NCBI RefSeq assembly: GCF_001194135.2
Contig: NC_068981.1
Location: 8,922,152 to 8,955,832 of the forward strand
DNA from: Octopus bimaculoides
Lineage: Eukaryota
DNA: 33,681 nucleotides
Direction: 5' to 3'
The notes under the pieces: model-generated
Seen by the model: only the letters and a program-made list of their open reading frames with translations
Databases searched by the model: none
Told to the model about the DNA's origin: nothing
Shown: piece by piece, positions 23,648 through 33,681 of the stretch
Position numbering within the stretch: the first letter of the stretch is position 1
How the letters are laid out: every line of letters starts with the position of its first letter
Position numbers and translations under genes: made by a program

Positions 23648-24922
23648 ACATATATACATATATATATCGAGCACACACACACACACACACACATTTATTT
23701 GCTTTCGTGTCTGTTTATCTTTCCTGATAACAAAATTTAAGTCATCGCGATAATCAATTCAAATCCTAATGGATTGCGTGGTTTTCCCGCCCATCCCAAA
23801 AGTCAGGGACAAATTAGCTGTCACAACCAGGTTAATGATAAAGCCTAATTGCTGATAATGAGTTGGGAATCGGAAATTTGTGATTAGACAATTAAGCTCA
23901 TTAGATTAGAGAATAATATGTTTTATATAACGAGAGACGCTGGGTTCCGAGACATGTAACTTAATTTTTGCTGGTCCAGTCCAGACCCAGCTTAAAACGT
24001 CGTGTATCGATGTGATCCACTACTATAAGCAACATATATATAACAGGTTTCCGTCCAAAATAGTGATCTGTCGTTCGTTTCTTATTCCGTTTGGTCTTGA
24101 GGGAGACGTTGTAGTCATGACCTTCGTAAACCCTCCAAATCTGAGTTGTAATGTGTCAATTGTAGGTCCCCTGGTTCAAAAACCACCTTCCTCGCCACGA
24201 ATTGGTCTCTTGAACAAATAAGAAACTACTTTGGCGTTAGTGGTGACTCTTAAAACTGTTGGGGTTTTTTAGCCCAAAGTCAGAACTTATCGAGCAAACT
24301 TGTGTTGTTTTTAAATGTTTTTGTTGCATAAGGTGTTGCGGCTTCGAAGTCACTGTCAATAAAATATACATAAATACATACACGCACACACACACACACA
24401 CACACACTCACACACTTATATATATAATTACTGACACACACACATACCGCACGCACACACACCGCACGCACACACACCGCACGCACGCATACACACACAC
24501 AACACACATACACGCACACACACAAATGACTTTCATGTGTTGCTGTTAGTTTTCTTGTCCTGCAATGTGATGCCGAGCATGGTTTGTTCCATTTCCCGTT
24601 GACCTCCAATCACGGTGTTCATCGTGGCAGTGCTGAGAGCTCGTTTCACTGCCATAAGTCAGTTAGAGATTTTTCTTATAATTTTCATGGAAGCCTTAGA
24701 ACTTCTCATGAGGTTCTCCACTCATATATATTTCCCTGCCTAGAACTTCCATACATACCCACCTTGTCCCTGATGACGGAATATCCAGCGTACGGGCATG
24801 GTAGCCTATCTTTTGGGATATCCCAGAAACAGCTGTAAGACTTCAAATTCACCTTACCCTAATTAAATATTCTAAATGACATGAGATACCTGTCCTGCTT
24901 TGGTTTTTGTTGTTCTTTTTCC

Positions 24923-24955
<33 letters not shown>

Positions 24956-27807
24956 NNNNNNNNNNNNNNNNNNNNNNNNNNNNNNNNNNNNNNNNNNNNN
25001 NNNNNNNNNNNNNNNNNNNNNNNNNNNNNNNNNNNNNNNNNNNNNNNNNNNNNNNNNNNNNNNNNNNNNNNNNNNNNNNNNNNNNNNNNNNNNNNNNNNN
25101 NNNNNNNNNNNNNNNNNNNNNNNNNNNNNNNNNNNNNNNNNNNNNNNNNNNNNNNNNNNNNNNNNNNNNNNNNNNNNNNNNNNNNNNNNNNNNNNNNNNN
25201 NNNNNNNNNNNNNNNNNNNNNNNNNNNNNNNNNNNNNNNNNNNNNNNNNNNNNNNNNNNNNNNNNNNNNNNNNNNNNNNNNNNNNNNNNNNNNNNNNNNN
25301 NNNNNNNNNNNNNNNNNTATATATATATATATGTATATATATATACAGATAAGGAGAGACAGATAGATAGACAGTCAGAGTGACAGATAGGCAGATAGTT
25401 ATAGTTTTGTGCACGTGTGTGTGTGTGTGCGTGTGTTTTTGTATAGGTGAAAATATTCGTTAAATATACCATTTCAATAATTAAGGTTTGTATTTAATAT
25501 ACAGTTGTGTTATTGAATCAGTTTATGTTTGGTTTGCATTTTATTGTTTCGCGTATTGAATCCGCGTTAAGGATTGCTGGCTACCAATCTTTATTGGTTA
25601 ATGTTCTTTAACTAATCTATACGTTTACAGTTCTAGATTGATTGTGTCTATGATTATAATTTTTTTTCCGTTCTATGCATCGGCAACGTGTGTTTTTGAC
25701 TATGTTCACTGAATTCTGTTCAGTACTTTTAGTTCGCTAGTTCGTTCTAGAGTTCTTGGGGTGGCAATATCCGTTTTGATTAAATTTCTGTCTTTTTATA
25801 TTCTTTCGGTGCTTCGTAGCTAAAGGTAAATAAAGATTTATGCTTAAGAATTTATGTTTATATTTGTAACAATGAACAGTTAGAAACATATTGGATGTAT
25901 TCTGCTGTTTCGCCTTTGCTTTTGGTTCATTAATTCTAGGCAGTGTTTATGTTTTTCAACGCTGTTGACACTGCTGGATATAATGGTACTGGCCAGGTGT
26001 CAAAACCGTTATGATATCCGCTAGGTAGCTGATGTGGTGTATAGGTGTCATGTGCTTATATTTTGTGTTATCACGGTTCTGAGTTCTTTCATTGAAATTC
26101 TAGTTCTTATACTAATGAACTTGTTTTGGAGTTCTTAGTTTCTTGGTTTATGGTACTTTTGTTGTATATACCATACCATTTATTGATATTGCGTGATTGT
26201 CCTTCATAGAGGTTCAAAATACTTGTTTAAGGGGTTACTGGTTCATGGAGGTTTTGTTACATATATATTGTATGTTTTGTCTTTTTGTTTTTGTTTTTCT
26301 TTTCTTCCAAGCCTCGTTTCTGTCATCCATATTAATCTTTTTGGGATTATTAATTATTTCTGCATCATTAGAACCAATATCTCATATAAATTATAAACTT
26401 CTCCTTGGAAGATTTTATTTGGAATATAGATTGTCTAATTTGTCAGCAGACGTTATATGTTGAGTGACAACCCTCTGTTGTTCCTTTATCCACCTGTATC
26501 AACTTTTATCATCCTACCGTCATTGATAATGTTCTTCCTTCATGTCGCCCCTTTGTCCATCTATATCAATTTTTATTTATCTTACGACCACACGTAATGG
26601 ACATCGTCGTTGGTTCCAGATTACATAAAGTGAAGCTCGCCTTCCATAATCTACCTTGATGCAGCCCAGATGCCCCCACTAACTTCTAGTATTTCATTCT
26701 ATCCACCAGCATCAACACCCACCAAGAAAAATTCCCTCTAGTCATTTTCCTGTTAAGATTGATCTCCCTTTTTCACATTACCCGAAATTATTGGAACATT
26801 TTAGACATTTACCTTTACTAGACCTGTTATATATAACAACCTAGTCTCCTCAAAATCACACACAACTACAAAAGAAAGAAAGCCACATTGAATAATGTGT
26901 GTGTGTTCATAGTTGTACCAAGCAGATGGTCCCGGCGATATAACAACCTTTATTTATGTTAATTTAACCAATTCTGATCTTTCTTTCTGAGAATTTTCGC
27001 TCGGGTGTCTACTAAATTTTTTCTTTTCATTATCTTTTCCATTTTTAATTTCTTTTTAATTCTTCTTCCATACTTTTTTTATTCACTAAATAACTTTTCA
27101 TTCAAATTATTTTTAGTCTACAACTTTCTAATTCATTGGAATTTTGCCATCGCATGCTGCAATCATTTTTCTTTCTTCTTTCATTTTATTATTTCTTCTC
27201 GCTGTTTTCTTCCCAATTTTATTTCTCTTTTTCTTTTCAATCTTCTTATTATGAATCCTCTTCATATGTCGCATCATTATATCTAGTTTTGATTTGTTTT
27301 TAACTTTTTTCAAACAAGTGCTTGTAATTATATCTTTTCCTTTTCAAATGTTTTTAATAAAAATGATTAGATTTAATGGCAAAGTTCTTCAATCATTAAT
27401 CGGTCTGTTGCATCTGTGAAGAAGTAAAAGTTGTTAAAAGCTGCCAGAAAGTCGAGATCGGTGCACTGAACACCTTACACTATCGGCTCCATTTCTCTCC
27501 ACAGTTCGTGTTCGCTTCTCATTCTAAATACTAAAAATATATACGGCCAACCCATTCCTTCTTTAAATCCCATAATACTCTAAGTCACGTGCTCCGCACT
27601 ATGACAAAAGGGACAATTTCCTTTCAGCGATTTGGACCCATGTTGTCCGTTTACAGCCATCATAGAATTGCTATGATAACCATTTCACATAAATGCATGA
27701 ACATCACGAAATCCTGTTTGTTGTTTATGTTATCAGTGCTGTTGTCTTTGCTGTTTTTCTCTATTGTACAATTATAATTGTTGATTTTGTTGTCATTGAC
27801 AACAGTA

Positions 27808-27891
<84 letters not shown>

Positions 27892-30001
27892 GCCCTACAT
27901 CTGTCCTTCTCAAAGGTTTCCAGCCGAGACCATCCTGTCTTTCTGTATATCAAACAACATTGATCATTTATTTATTTAAGACATTCGTGGGAGGGAGAAC
28001 TAACTTCTGTTTCTAGCGCGTCGGGTGACTTCGTAGAGACTCCCTCGTTCACTGCTGCTGCTGTTGATTTTCCAAGGTTTGGCGTCAATTTTAACCCCAT
28101 CGTTTCCTTTTTTTTTTTTTCTTTTTCTTTTAAGCATAAAATTGTTTTCCTTTATATTTCTTATTTTATTTATTTCGAAATTTATCCTATTGTATTCCAT
28201 TTTTTGTTGTTACCCTAGCAACCGGGATGCCTACGTCTGTTGCTATCGCCTTGACAGGAATTGTCTGCACATTATACACAGCCATTGTAAGTACCATTAA
28301 GCAAGTCTCCATGGAAACACTGATCGAGCAAATTCACTTCTATTTCTTATTTTCTTTCTTTCTTTTTTTGTTCCTTTTCAAATTTTTATCTTTGTTCTTT
28401 TATTAATTCTTTATATTTTTTATTGTTGTTTATTGCTTATTGATTTATAAAATTTTTAATGCACCCCAAAAAAAAAAACATGACATTGATATCTAACACT
28501 GGGGCAGTATCTGGCACGGAGGGGAAAATACGATCATTTAAGTCGACCCCAATACAAAATAGGGACATATTTTATCGCTCCTAGAAATATGAAAGTTGAC
28601 TGAGGCAGAATTTGAACCCAGAAGATCAAGGTACTCGCTTTAATACAATAGAGTCAATCATTCTACCGTGTCAGTCATCAAAGCATCATGCCAGTTTCCA
28701 GACAATTTGATTGCATCTAATATTAAATATACTGCCACTAATGACATTCACTTCACTGTAACTACTACTACTACTACTTCTACTACTACTATTGCTGCTG
28801 CTGCTGCTGCTGCTGCTACACAAAGATGGTGCTGCGTGAAGTTCATTTTTTAACTGATGATCGATGTTACGTAAAACTCCAGATACAAGAACGGAATTCA
28901 GTTTAAATAATATAAATGTGTGTATGTGTGTATGTGTGTGTGTATGGCTGCGTCGTTGCCCGTTGGCAGCAGCATATCTTCTATCTAACACCTCTAAAAC
29001 AATTTTTTAAAAAATTAATACATTTTGTTGTTGTTTTTGTTGTAGGGTGGTTTACGTGCCGTTATTTGGACCGATGTATTCCAGATTATCGTGATGATCA
29101 CATCATTAATCGTTACCGTTGTGATTGGGATACAAAACGCCGGAGGAACGAGCGAAGTTTCCAGAATAATATCGGAAGGAGATCGATGGCCATATTTTGA
29201 GTGAGTATCGATTCTTGAAATACAACTAAATTTTAATGAGGCTTGGAAGACCGGTCGCTGTTGGTTTGGTCCCTAAGAATACGCTATCGGCTGCTGTATG
29301 AAATGTTTAATCTGAGATGTTGTGCTTATTGTTGTTCGATGGCATAGTTAATGCAATATATTTAAGATATGGAAGGATCCAGTGAGTTAATCAGGGCTAG
29401 AAGTCTCATTAACGACATCAATTAACGAAATACCGATGAAGAAATCCAGTGAATCCGTGAAGGGGCTCTTTTCTCTATTTGAACAAGACATTCTTCCATT
29501 GAATATTTTTCTTGAGTTGTTGTTGTTGTCGTTGTTGCTACTGTTGCTCTTGTTTAACCACAGGTCAGCCAAAATCAAGTGGAACCATGATTGCATTAGT
29601 TTCAAAAATGACCACACCATCTATTTCTTAAGATATTAGCATATCTAAAGCAAATTATCCGAGGCTGACTTTATTTGATAGTATAGAATTTTAGATAGAT
29701 TTTTGTTGCTATTTCTAGCAGGTCTAGTGACTCCAAACAAGCTCCCGCTTTAGTTCCATTCTATGCTGACCGCTAATATTGTCTTTTTAAAACGAGTGAA
29801 AACGGGGACTTCTTTTTTATTCTTATTTCGATAAAAATGTAAATACTTCCTTACTTTTTTCCATAATAAAGTCCTCAAAGCACTTTCTTGTTTTTGTTTA
29901 CATATATATNNNNNNNNNNNNNNNNNNNNNNNNNNNNNNNNNNNNNNNNNNNNNNNNNNNNNNNNNNNNNNNNNNNNNNNNNNNNNNNNNNNNNNNNNNN
30001 N

Positions 30002-30043
<42 letters not shown>

Positions 30044-31641
30044 AATTCGAGGATGTTAGATCGACATTAGGAATTAAATAATCTAAAACGTTCCACTGGT
30101 TAATCACGATTATGGTGGGGGGGGGGGCAAAATCTCGTCAGAAGAGAAAATAAGTAAAAAAAAAAAAGACATGTCGTTATGTTATTAACATGTTATTCTT
30201 CCAAAACATCTCAACAGACTGAATTTCATTTAATTACTAATATTGGTATAAACCTTGGCTGAGGGGTAATAGGTTGTATAATGATAATAATTGGTAAAAA
30301 ATGTTAGATATTGAGTTACAGTGAAAATAGTATCGTATGAATGAAAGAATATACCAATGATTACGTTAATAATTAGCTTAAGAAATTGAATGAATTAATA
30401 TGACAAATAGATAAAGTATAAAATAATCATAGTCAGAAAGGACTTCAATCTTATTAGGTATACACACTGTACATATATACATACATCTATAGGTATATAT
30501 ACATACATCTATAGGTATAGGTATATATATATATATATATATATATATNNNNNNNNNNNNNNNNNNNNNNNNNNNNNNNNNNNNNNNNNNNNNNNNNNNN
30601 NNNNNNNNNNNNNNNNNNNNNNNNNNNNNNNNNNNNNNNNNNNNNNNNNNNNNNNNNNNNNNNNNNNNNNNNNNNNNNNNNNNNNNNNNNNNNNNNNNNN
30701 NNNNNNNNNNNNNNNNNNNNNNNNNNNNNNNNNNNNNNNNNNNNNNNNNNNNNNNNNNNNNNNNNNNNNNNNNNNNNNNNNNNNNNNNNNNNNNNNNNNN
30801 NNNNNNNNNNNNNNNNNNNNNNNNNNNNNNNNNNNNNNNNNNNNNNNNNNNNNNNNNNNNNNNNNNNNNNNNNNNNNNNNNNNNNNNNNNNNNNNNNNNN
30901 NNNNNNNNNNNNNNNNNNNNNNNNNNNNNNNNNNNNNNNNNNNNNNNNNNNNNNNNNNNNNNNNNNNNNNNNNNNNNNNNNNNNNNNNNNNNNNNNNNNN
31001 NNNNNNNNNNNNNNNNNNNNNNNNNNNNNNNNNNNNNNNNNNNNNNNNNNNNNNNNNNNNNNNNNNNNNNNNNNNNNNNNNNNNNNNNNNNNNNNNNNNN
31101 NNNNNNNNNNNNNNNNNNNNNNNNNNNNNNNNNNNNNNNNNNNNNNNNNNNNNNNNNNNNNNNNNNNNNNNNNNNNNNNNNNNNNNNNNNNNNNNNNNNN
31201 NNNNNNNNNNNNNNNNNNNNNNNNNNNNNNNNNNNNNNNNNNNNNNNNNNNNNNNNNNNNNNNNNNNNNNNNNNNNNNNNNNAATTGGAGTAGCATGAAA
31301 CGTGCGTACTGCAATTACCTTTGAAATCCGTGTTGCTTATTTTTTTTATTTTGATCACCTATCCTTTTGGGATACGATATTCGGGTGCCTACGCATAAGT
31401 ACCATATTCAACCTTGAATCTATATCTAAACCGTCTATATATATATATATGTATATAATAAGTGTGAAGGTACCTACATAGTTTAAATGTTATTTTTCAG
31501 TTTCGATCCAGACCCACGGCTTATCTATTCCTTCTGGAGTTGTGTTCTCGGATCAACATTTTCAGGAATGGCTTCATTTTCTTTCCAACAAATGATTATT
31601 CAGAGATTTGTGTCTCTCCCAACTAAAAAGGCAGCAATTGC
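11278..31641 (+). CDS. SLC5A8-like: SLC5 sodium:solute symporter, SMCT/NIS/SMVT group (partial gene, 4 internal coding exons; 5' and 3' exons not in window)
   Basis: Join 11278-11329, 28219-28286, 29046-29200, 31501-31641: all GT-AG, phases 0-1-0-2-2 are compatible and there is no stop. Translation: IFYMSVVIYAPAITISQTTGMPTSVAIALTGIVCTLYTAIGGLRAVIWTDVFQIIVMITSLIVTVVIGIQNAGGTSEVSRIISEGDRWPYFDFDPDPRLIYSFWSCVLGSTFSGMASFSFQQMIIQRFVSLPTKKAAI. It carries the family motifs VIYAPA, YTxxGGLxAVIWTDVFQ, FDPDP, FW and QRF/Y. The family assignment is secure; exact orthology (SLC5A5/6/8/12) cannot be resolved here. Confidence 0.93.
11439..11504 (+). repeat. (GTT)n(GGT)n microsatellite directly flanking the mariner
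   Basis: Seen directly. Confidence 0.95.
11507..12767 (+). mobile_element. mariner DNA transposon, full length (1,261 bp), decayed
   Basis: TA at 11505-11506 and 12768-12769. Degenerate TIRs CGAGGATGAGCCGAAAAGG versus CGAGGGTCGTTTGAAAAGT (12/19). Canonical ~1.3 kb mariner size. Confidence 0.92.
11657..12705 (+). pseudogene. mariner (DD34D-type) transposase pseudogene, probably irritans-like
   Basis: MDEVWHHGVTKYLQKK..., FRKGKESIEDDPRSGRPATA, KKVSARWVPRLL, LT*DE, KKAKVFSSAGNVMASIF, LFYQDNAPPAH, PY*PGFAPSHY (SPDLAPSDY with the third D changed to H). Multiple stops and frameshifts. The 3' end is approximate. Confidence 0.93.
13271..13656 (-). mobile_element. tRNA-derived SINE, family B, full length, (AAC)n tail
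   Basis: Box A TGGCCCAGTGG (13634-13644), box B GGTTTCGATTCCC (13589-13601); body tcagccttgtcacac...gtacacgtgtctgtggag...tttcacgagcag shared with 22990-23090; tail caacaacaacaa. Confidence 0.88.
14153..14236 (+). repeat. (CT)n microsatellite; similar tracts at 16356-16635, 19400-19535 and 21385-21440
   Basis: Seen directly. Confidence 0.95.
14565..14890 (-). mobile_element. Two adjacent internally deleted SINE family C copies (~14565-14735 and ~14762-14865)
   Basis: Reverse complements show the C head (ggcgacg..cagatagagtcattagcatgccgggcaaaatgc; cggcgagctggtagaatcgttagcacg) and the C tail (ggccttgtgccagagtttgaaat). Confidence 0.8.
15286..15455 (+). mobile_element. SINE family A fragment (5'-truncated, runs into (TG)n and a gap)
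   Basis: accttggacgtc...agccttgtgagtgaatttggtagacggagactgaaagaagcc matches 7014-7100. Confidence 0.8.
17730..18900 (+). mobile_element. Head-to-tail cluster of SINE family C copies (about 5, two nearly complete) with one family D copy
   Basis: Heads at ~17732 (ggtgagctggcagaatcg), ~17951 (ggcgacgagctgacagaatc), ~18193, ~18604 and ~18741 (acagacagaatcggtagag); family D at ~18410-18570. Confidence 0.8.
19857..19902 (+). repeat. Degenerate (CCCTAA)n, telomere-like hexamer tract
   Basis: ccctaa ctctaa ccctat ctctat ccctaa ccctac ccctaa ccct, in register. Confidence 0.75.
20560..20755 (+). mobile_element. Degenerate SINE, C-like head with an A-like tail (cagcatggctgc..atgactgaaa)
   Basis: gagttcaaatcc...tttcatcg...ataaaataa...gatgtaatc, followed by ccagcatggctgcatctaatgactgaaa. 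Confidence 0.55.
22098..22170 (+). mobile_element. SINE family A 3'-half fragment after (TG)n
   Basis: ccccaccaccacttgacaatcagtgtcggtgtg...tgtccccg matches 7405-7452. Confidence 0.65.
22680..22797 (+). mobile_element. SINE family A 3'-tail fragment
   Basis: gataagtaccaggctta...ggtcgatt..ttcgactaaaa...gactgaaacaagtaaaagata matches 7485-7590. Confidence 0.65.
22871..23090 (+). mobile_element. Degenerate SINE with family-A-like head and family-B body, truncated by a gap
   Basis: Head tggtcgaatggtagagaagttcgcttcgcaa...ttggacaaatatc resembles 6950-7029; body tcagccttgtcacac...ctgagaa...tgtggaatactc resembles the reverse complement of 13365-13446. Confidence 0.7.
25480..26460 (-). mobile_element. 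Possible highly degraded Penelope-like retroelement remnant
   Basis: Strongly A-rich minus strand with broken peptides (IYNKSTI; TRCRCIERKK; TIKCKPN) in the order expected for the post-RT/GIY-YIG region. Weak. Confidence 0.3.
27810..27889 (+). repeat. (GCT)n(GTT)n microsatellite
   Basis: Seen directly. Confidence 0.95.
28219..28286 (+). CDS. SLC5A8-like: SLC5 exon, 68 nt ((T)TGMPTSVAIALTGIVCTLYTAI)
   Basis: Acceptor tttttgttgttaccctAG, donor GTAAGT; phase 1 start completes the codon from the previous exon; matches VTG...TGxVCTFYTxL. Confidence 0.92.
28500..28668 (-). mobile_element. Degenerate SINE family C in the 759-nt intron
   Basis: Reverse complement contains ggtagaatgatt...gggttcaaattctgcctcagtcaactttcat...gcgataaaata...ggggtcgact. 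Confidence 0.65.
29046..29200 (+). CDS. SLC5A8-like: SLC5 exon, 155 nt (GGLRAVIWTDVFQ...GDRWPYF + 2 nt)
   Basis: Acceptor ttgttgtttttgttgtAG, donor GTGAGT; contains the SSF-family signature GGLxAVIWTDVFQ. Confidence 0.96.
31501..31641 (+). CDS. SLC5A8-like: SLC5 exon, 141 nt (FDPDPRLIYSFW...QRFVSLPTKKAAI + 2 nt)
   Basis: Acceptor atgttatttttcAG, donor GTAAGT; FDPDP..FW..G.TF....Q..IQRF motif; phase 2 at both ends. Confidence 0.95.
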
Positions 31642-31709
31642 GTAAGTAATTCCAGTTATTTTACAAATGACACCACTTTAAACTATACTGGTGTACACAC
31701 GCACACACA

Positions 31710-31750
<41 letters not shown>

Positions 31751-31757
31751 GTGTGTA

Positions 31758-31796
<39 letters not shown>

Positions 31797-32129
31797 TTAA
31801 AATGTCAGTTTTGAACTATCTTTAGAACAACATCCAACACACACTTAAACAAAAGAACTAAAAGCTTACCATTCTGTAGGAATGAATTCTCCATTCGAGA
31901 GAAGTGAAAAAAATAGCAGACAATATACCAAGAAGAGGCTATTGTTTTATAACATCATAATGCACTTTAAAGTGCAAATATGGACAATAACAATTGGCCG
32001 AAACGTAACGTAGTCGAAAAAATGTAAGAACTTATTAATTGACTGCACTATGATTAAAAAATGATTATTCTATGTATATTTTCTGTTTTCTTTAAATTAT
32101 CAATTGTCACTGGCAGAACACACACATCA

Positions 32130-33404
32130 CATCGGTGCTCTTACTGAACATCAGCAGACTGTTAACACTTAGTAATAGGACAAAAATTCCTTTCCTGAGA
32201 GCTCTTGTTGCATGCAATCAAGCCTTATGCATAGCACGTGCGGAAACACACCTGAAACCAGGTATAGCAAATGCAGAAATACACATACCACAGTATGTTG
32301 TATTACGGACCGATAGAAAAGGAGTCATAGTGGAGTTGCTATGTATATCCGCGAAGACCTCACACCCCAGGTCCTTTTGTCACACTCAAATTCAATATAT
32401 GACACACTAATTGTACATATAAGACAACTCGATGTAGTCATATGTGCTACATATCGCCCTCCTGATACTCCGAATCACGCAGACAAGTTTGAAGGCTGCC
32501 TTACAAAAATAGAAGTTCTAGTTACATTAGAACAACACATAAGTGTACTTCTTATGGGAGATTTCAATCTGCGCAATGTCGGATGGCTTGAGGGCCTTTT
32601 TCTCGCAGAAATGGCGCAATGCGAACAAGGACAGGTGAAGTCCCTCCTGAACCTCATCAACACTTTGTACGTGGAACAAATAATACTCCAACCAACCAGG
32701 GCAGGTAACATACTGGATCTCTCTGCTTCACAAACGATATGCATCTCATCCATAATGTGAAAGTGACACTGACGCTACTCTCGGATCACAGCATGGTAGG
32801 GCTGACCATGTATAGACCAAAGGAAACCATGGACATGCAGCTTACAAGAAACTCTCAAAATTTTGAACTTCCATAAGGCAAACTGGAAACAAATTGAGAA
32901 AGGGATCCTCAAACTAAACTGGTCTAAATGTCTCTCCTCACTGGACATCGACTTGAAACTTCAACAATTCATGTCTGTAATGCAAGCCATATGCTACAAA
33001 TATATCCATCGTTTATGTTAGTTTAAAAGAATTCAGCGTTTGTTTTGATAGAAGGACATCGTATTTTAAAGATCCTAGAGGGACTTGTCCCAAACTTTGG
33101 CATCGAGAGTTACACTAATGCTAGAACAGGGCGCCATTGCATAGCGCCAAGGACTCCAAATTTGCCATCAAGATAGATGACAAGATATTGCAACAACCTG
33201 GGCTTTAGGGGATCACAGCCCTTCAGTATCCTCCCGAAGGACCTGAGGGACCTACATGAGGGGGATGTAGGTGTATTTAAAACGAAACTGGACCTCTTAC
33301 TGTCAAGTGTCCCAGATGAACCAACTTCACAGCAGGAAGTGCAGATGAGAGCAGCGGCATCAAACTCTCTCATGTACCAAATATTAATTTCTAAAAAGAA
33401 TTAG
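32130..33404 (+). mobile_element. CR1-like LINE ORF2 remnant: APE endonuclease joined to the ORF2 C-terminus, RT absent
   Basis: APE motifs LLLNI, AETHL, YIREDL, YRPP, MGDFNL, PTRAGNILDL, LSDH. After ~33065: KILEGLVPNFG...GRHC...GFRGSQPFSILPKDLRDL...VFKTKLDLLLSSVPDEP...SNSL, typical of CR1-group ORF2 ends. No YADD-type RT core in between. Confidence 0.85.
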
Positions 33405-33681
33405 GGAAGTAAAATTGGATCTATTTTAAAACGGGGGCCACATTTTTCATTAATGTTTTACGTAGTGTTTTTGGTACCGAAAGACTTTCAAACTTCGTAT
33501 ACTTATCTATTTTGTGTTATAGAACAGAAAAATATTTTTGTATTCGAATTTATTTCATGTAAAAAATTGTCTTATTTCGATAATTTCAACCAATCACTGA
33601 CAATTATTCAGTTGTTTATATTGACTCCTTTGGCTGATTAAGCGATGTAAAGCGTATTTAATCTCCATACCTTCGTTTTAT

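Larger units (their letters stand above)
1189..31282. other. Ten assembly gaps: 1189-1614, 6214-6223, 7144-7359, 15456-16355, 19455-19474, 21487-22097, 23091-23464, 24956-25317, 29910-30001, 30549-31282
   Basis: N runs totalling 3,745 nt, most abutting (TA)n, (TG)n or (CT)n tracts. Confidence 0.98.

Overview
Eukaryotic, AT-rich, microsatellite-dense animal genomic DNA from a gapped draft assembly (10 N-gaps, 3,745 N). The SINE families and repeat landscape resemble octopus/coleoid cephalopod DNA; this is recognition from memory, not a database result. The only host gene I can support is a + strand SLC5 sodium:solute symporter of the SMCT/NIS/SMVT group. Four consecutive GT-AG coding exons (11278-11329, 28219-28286, 29046-29200, 31501-31641; 52/68/155/141 nt) splice in frame into 138 codons. 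None of them appears as such in the ORF track, and the gene continues beyond both window edges. The rest is intron filled with decayed mobile DNA: a full-length Tc1 element with SINEs nested inside it, a 5'-truncated R4/Dong-like RLE retrotransposon, a full-length mariner with TA duplications, a CR1-like LINE lacking its RT domain, about four SINE families (one mosaic copy), a possible Penelope remnant and many simple repeats. I found no convincing novel multi-gene system and no CRISPR, rRNA or intact tRNA genes. The most interesting leads are the altered predicted substrate-pocket helix of the transporter, inverted SINEs bracketing its micro-exon, an intronic ~80-nt hairpin, and SINE module shuffling.
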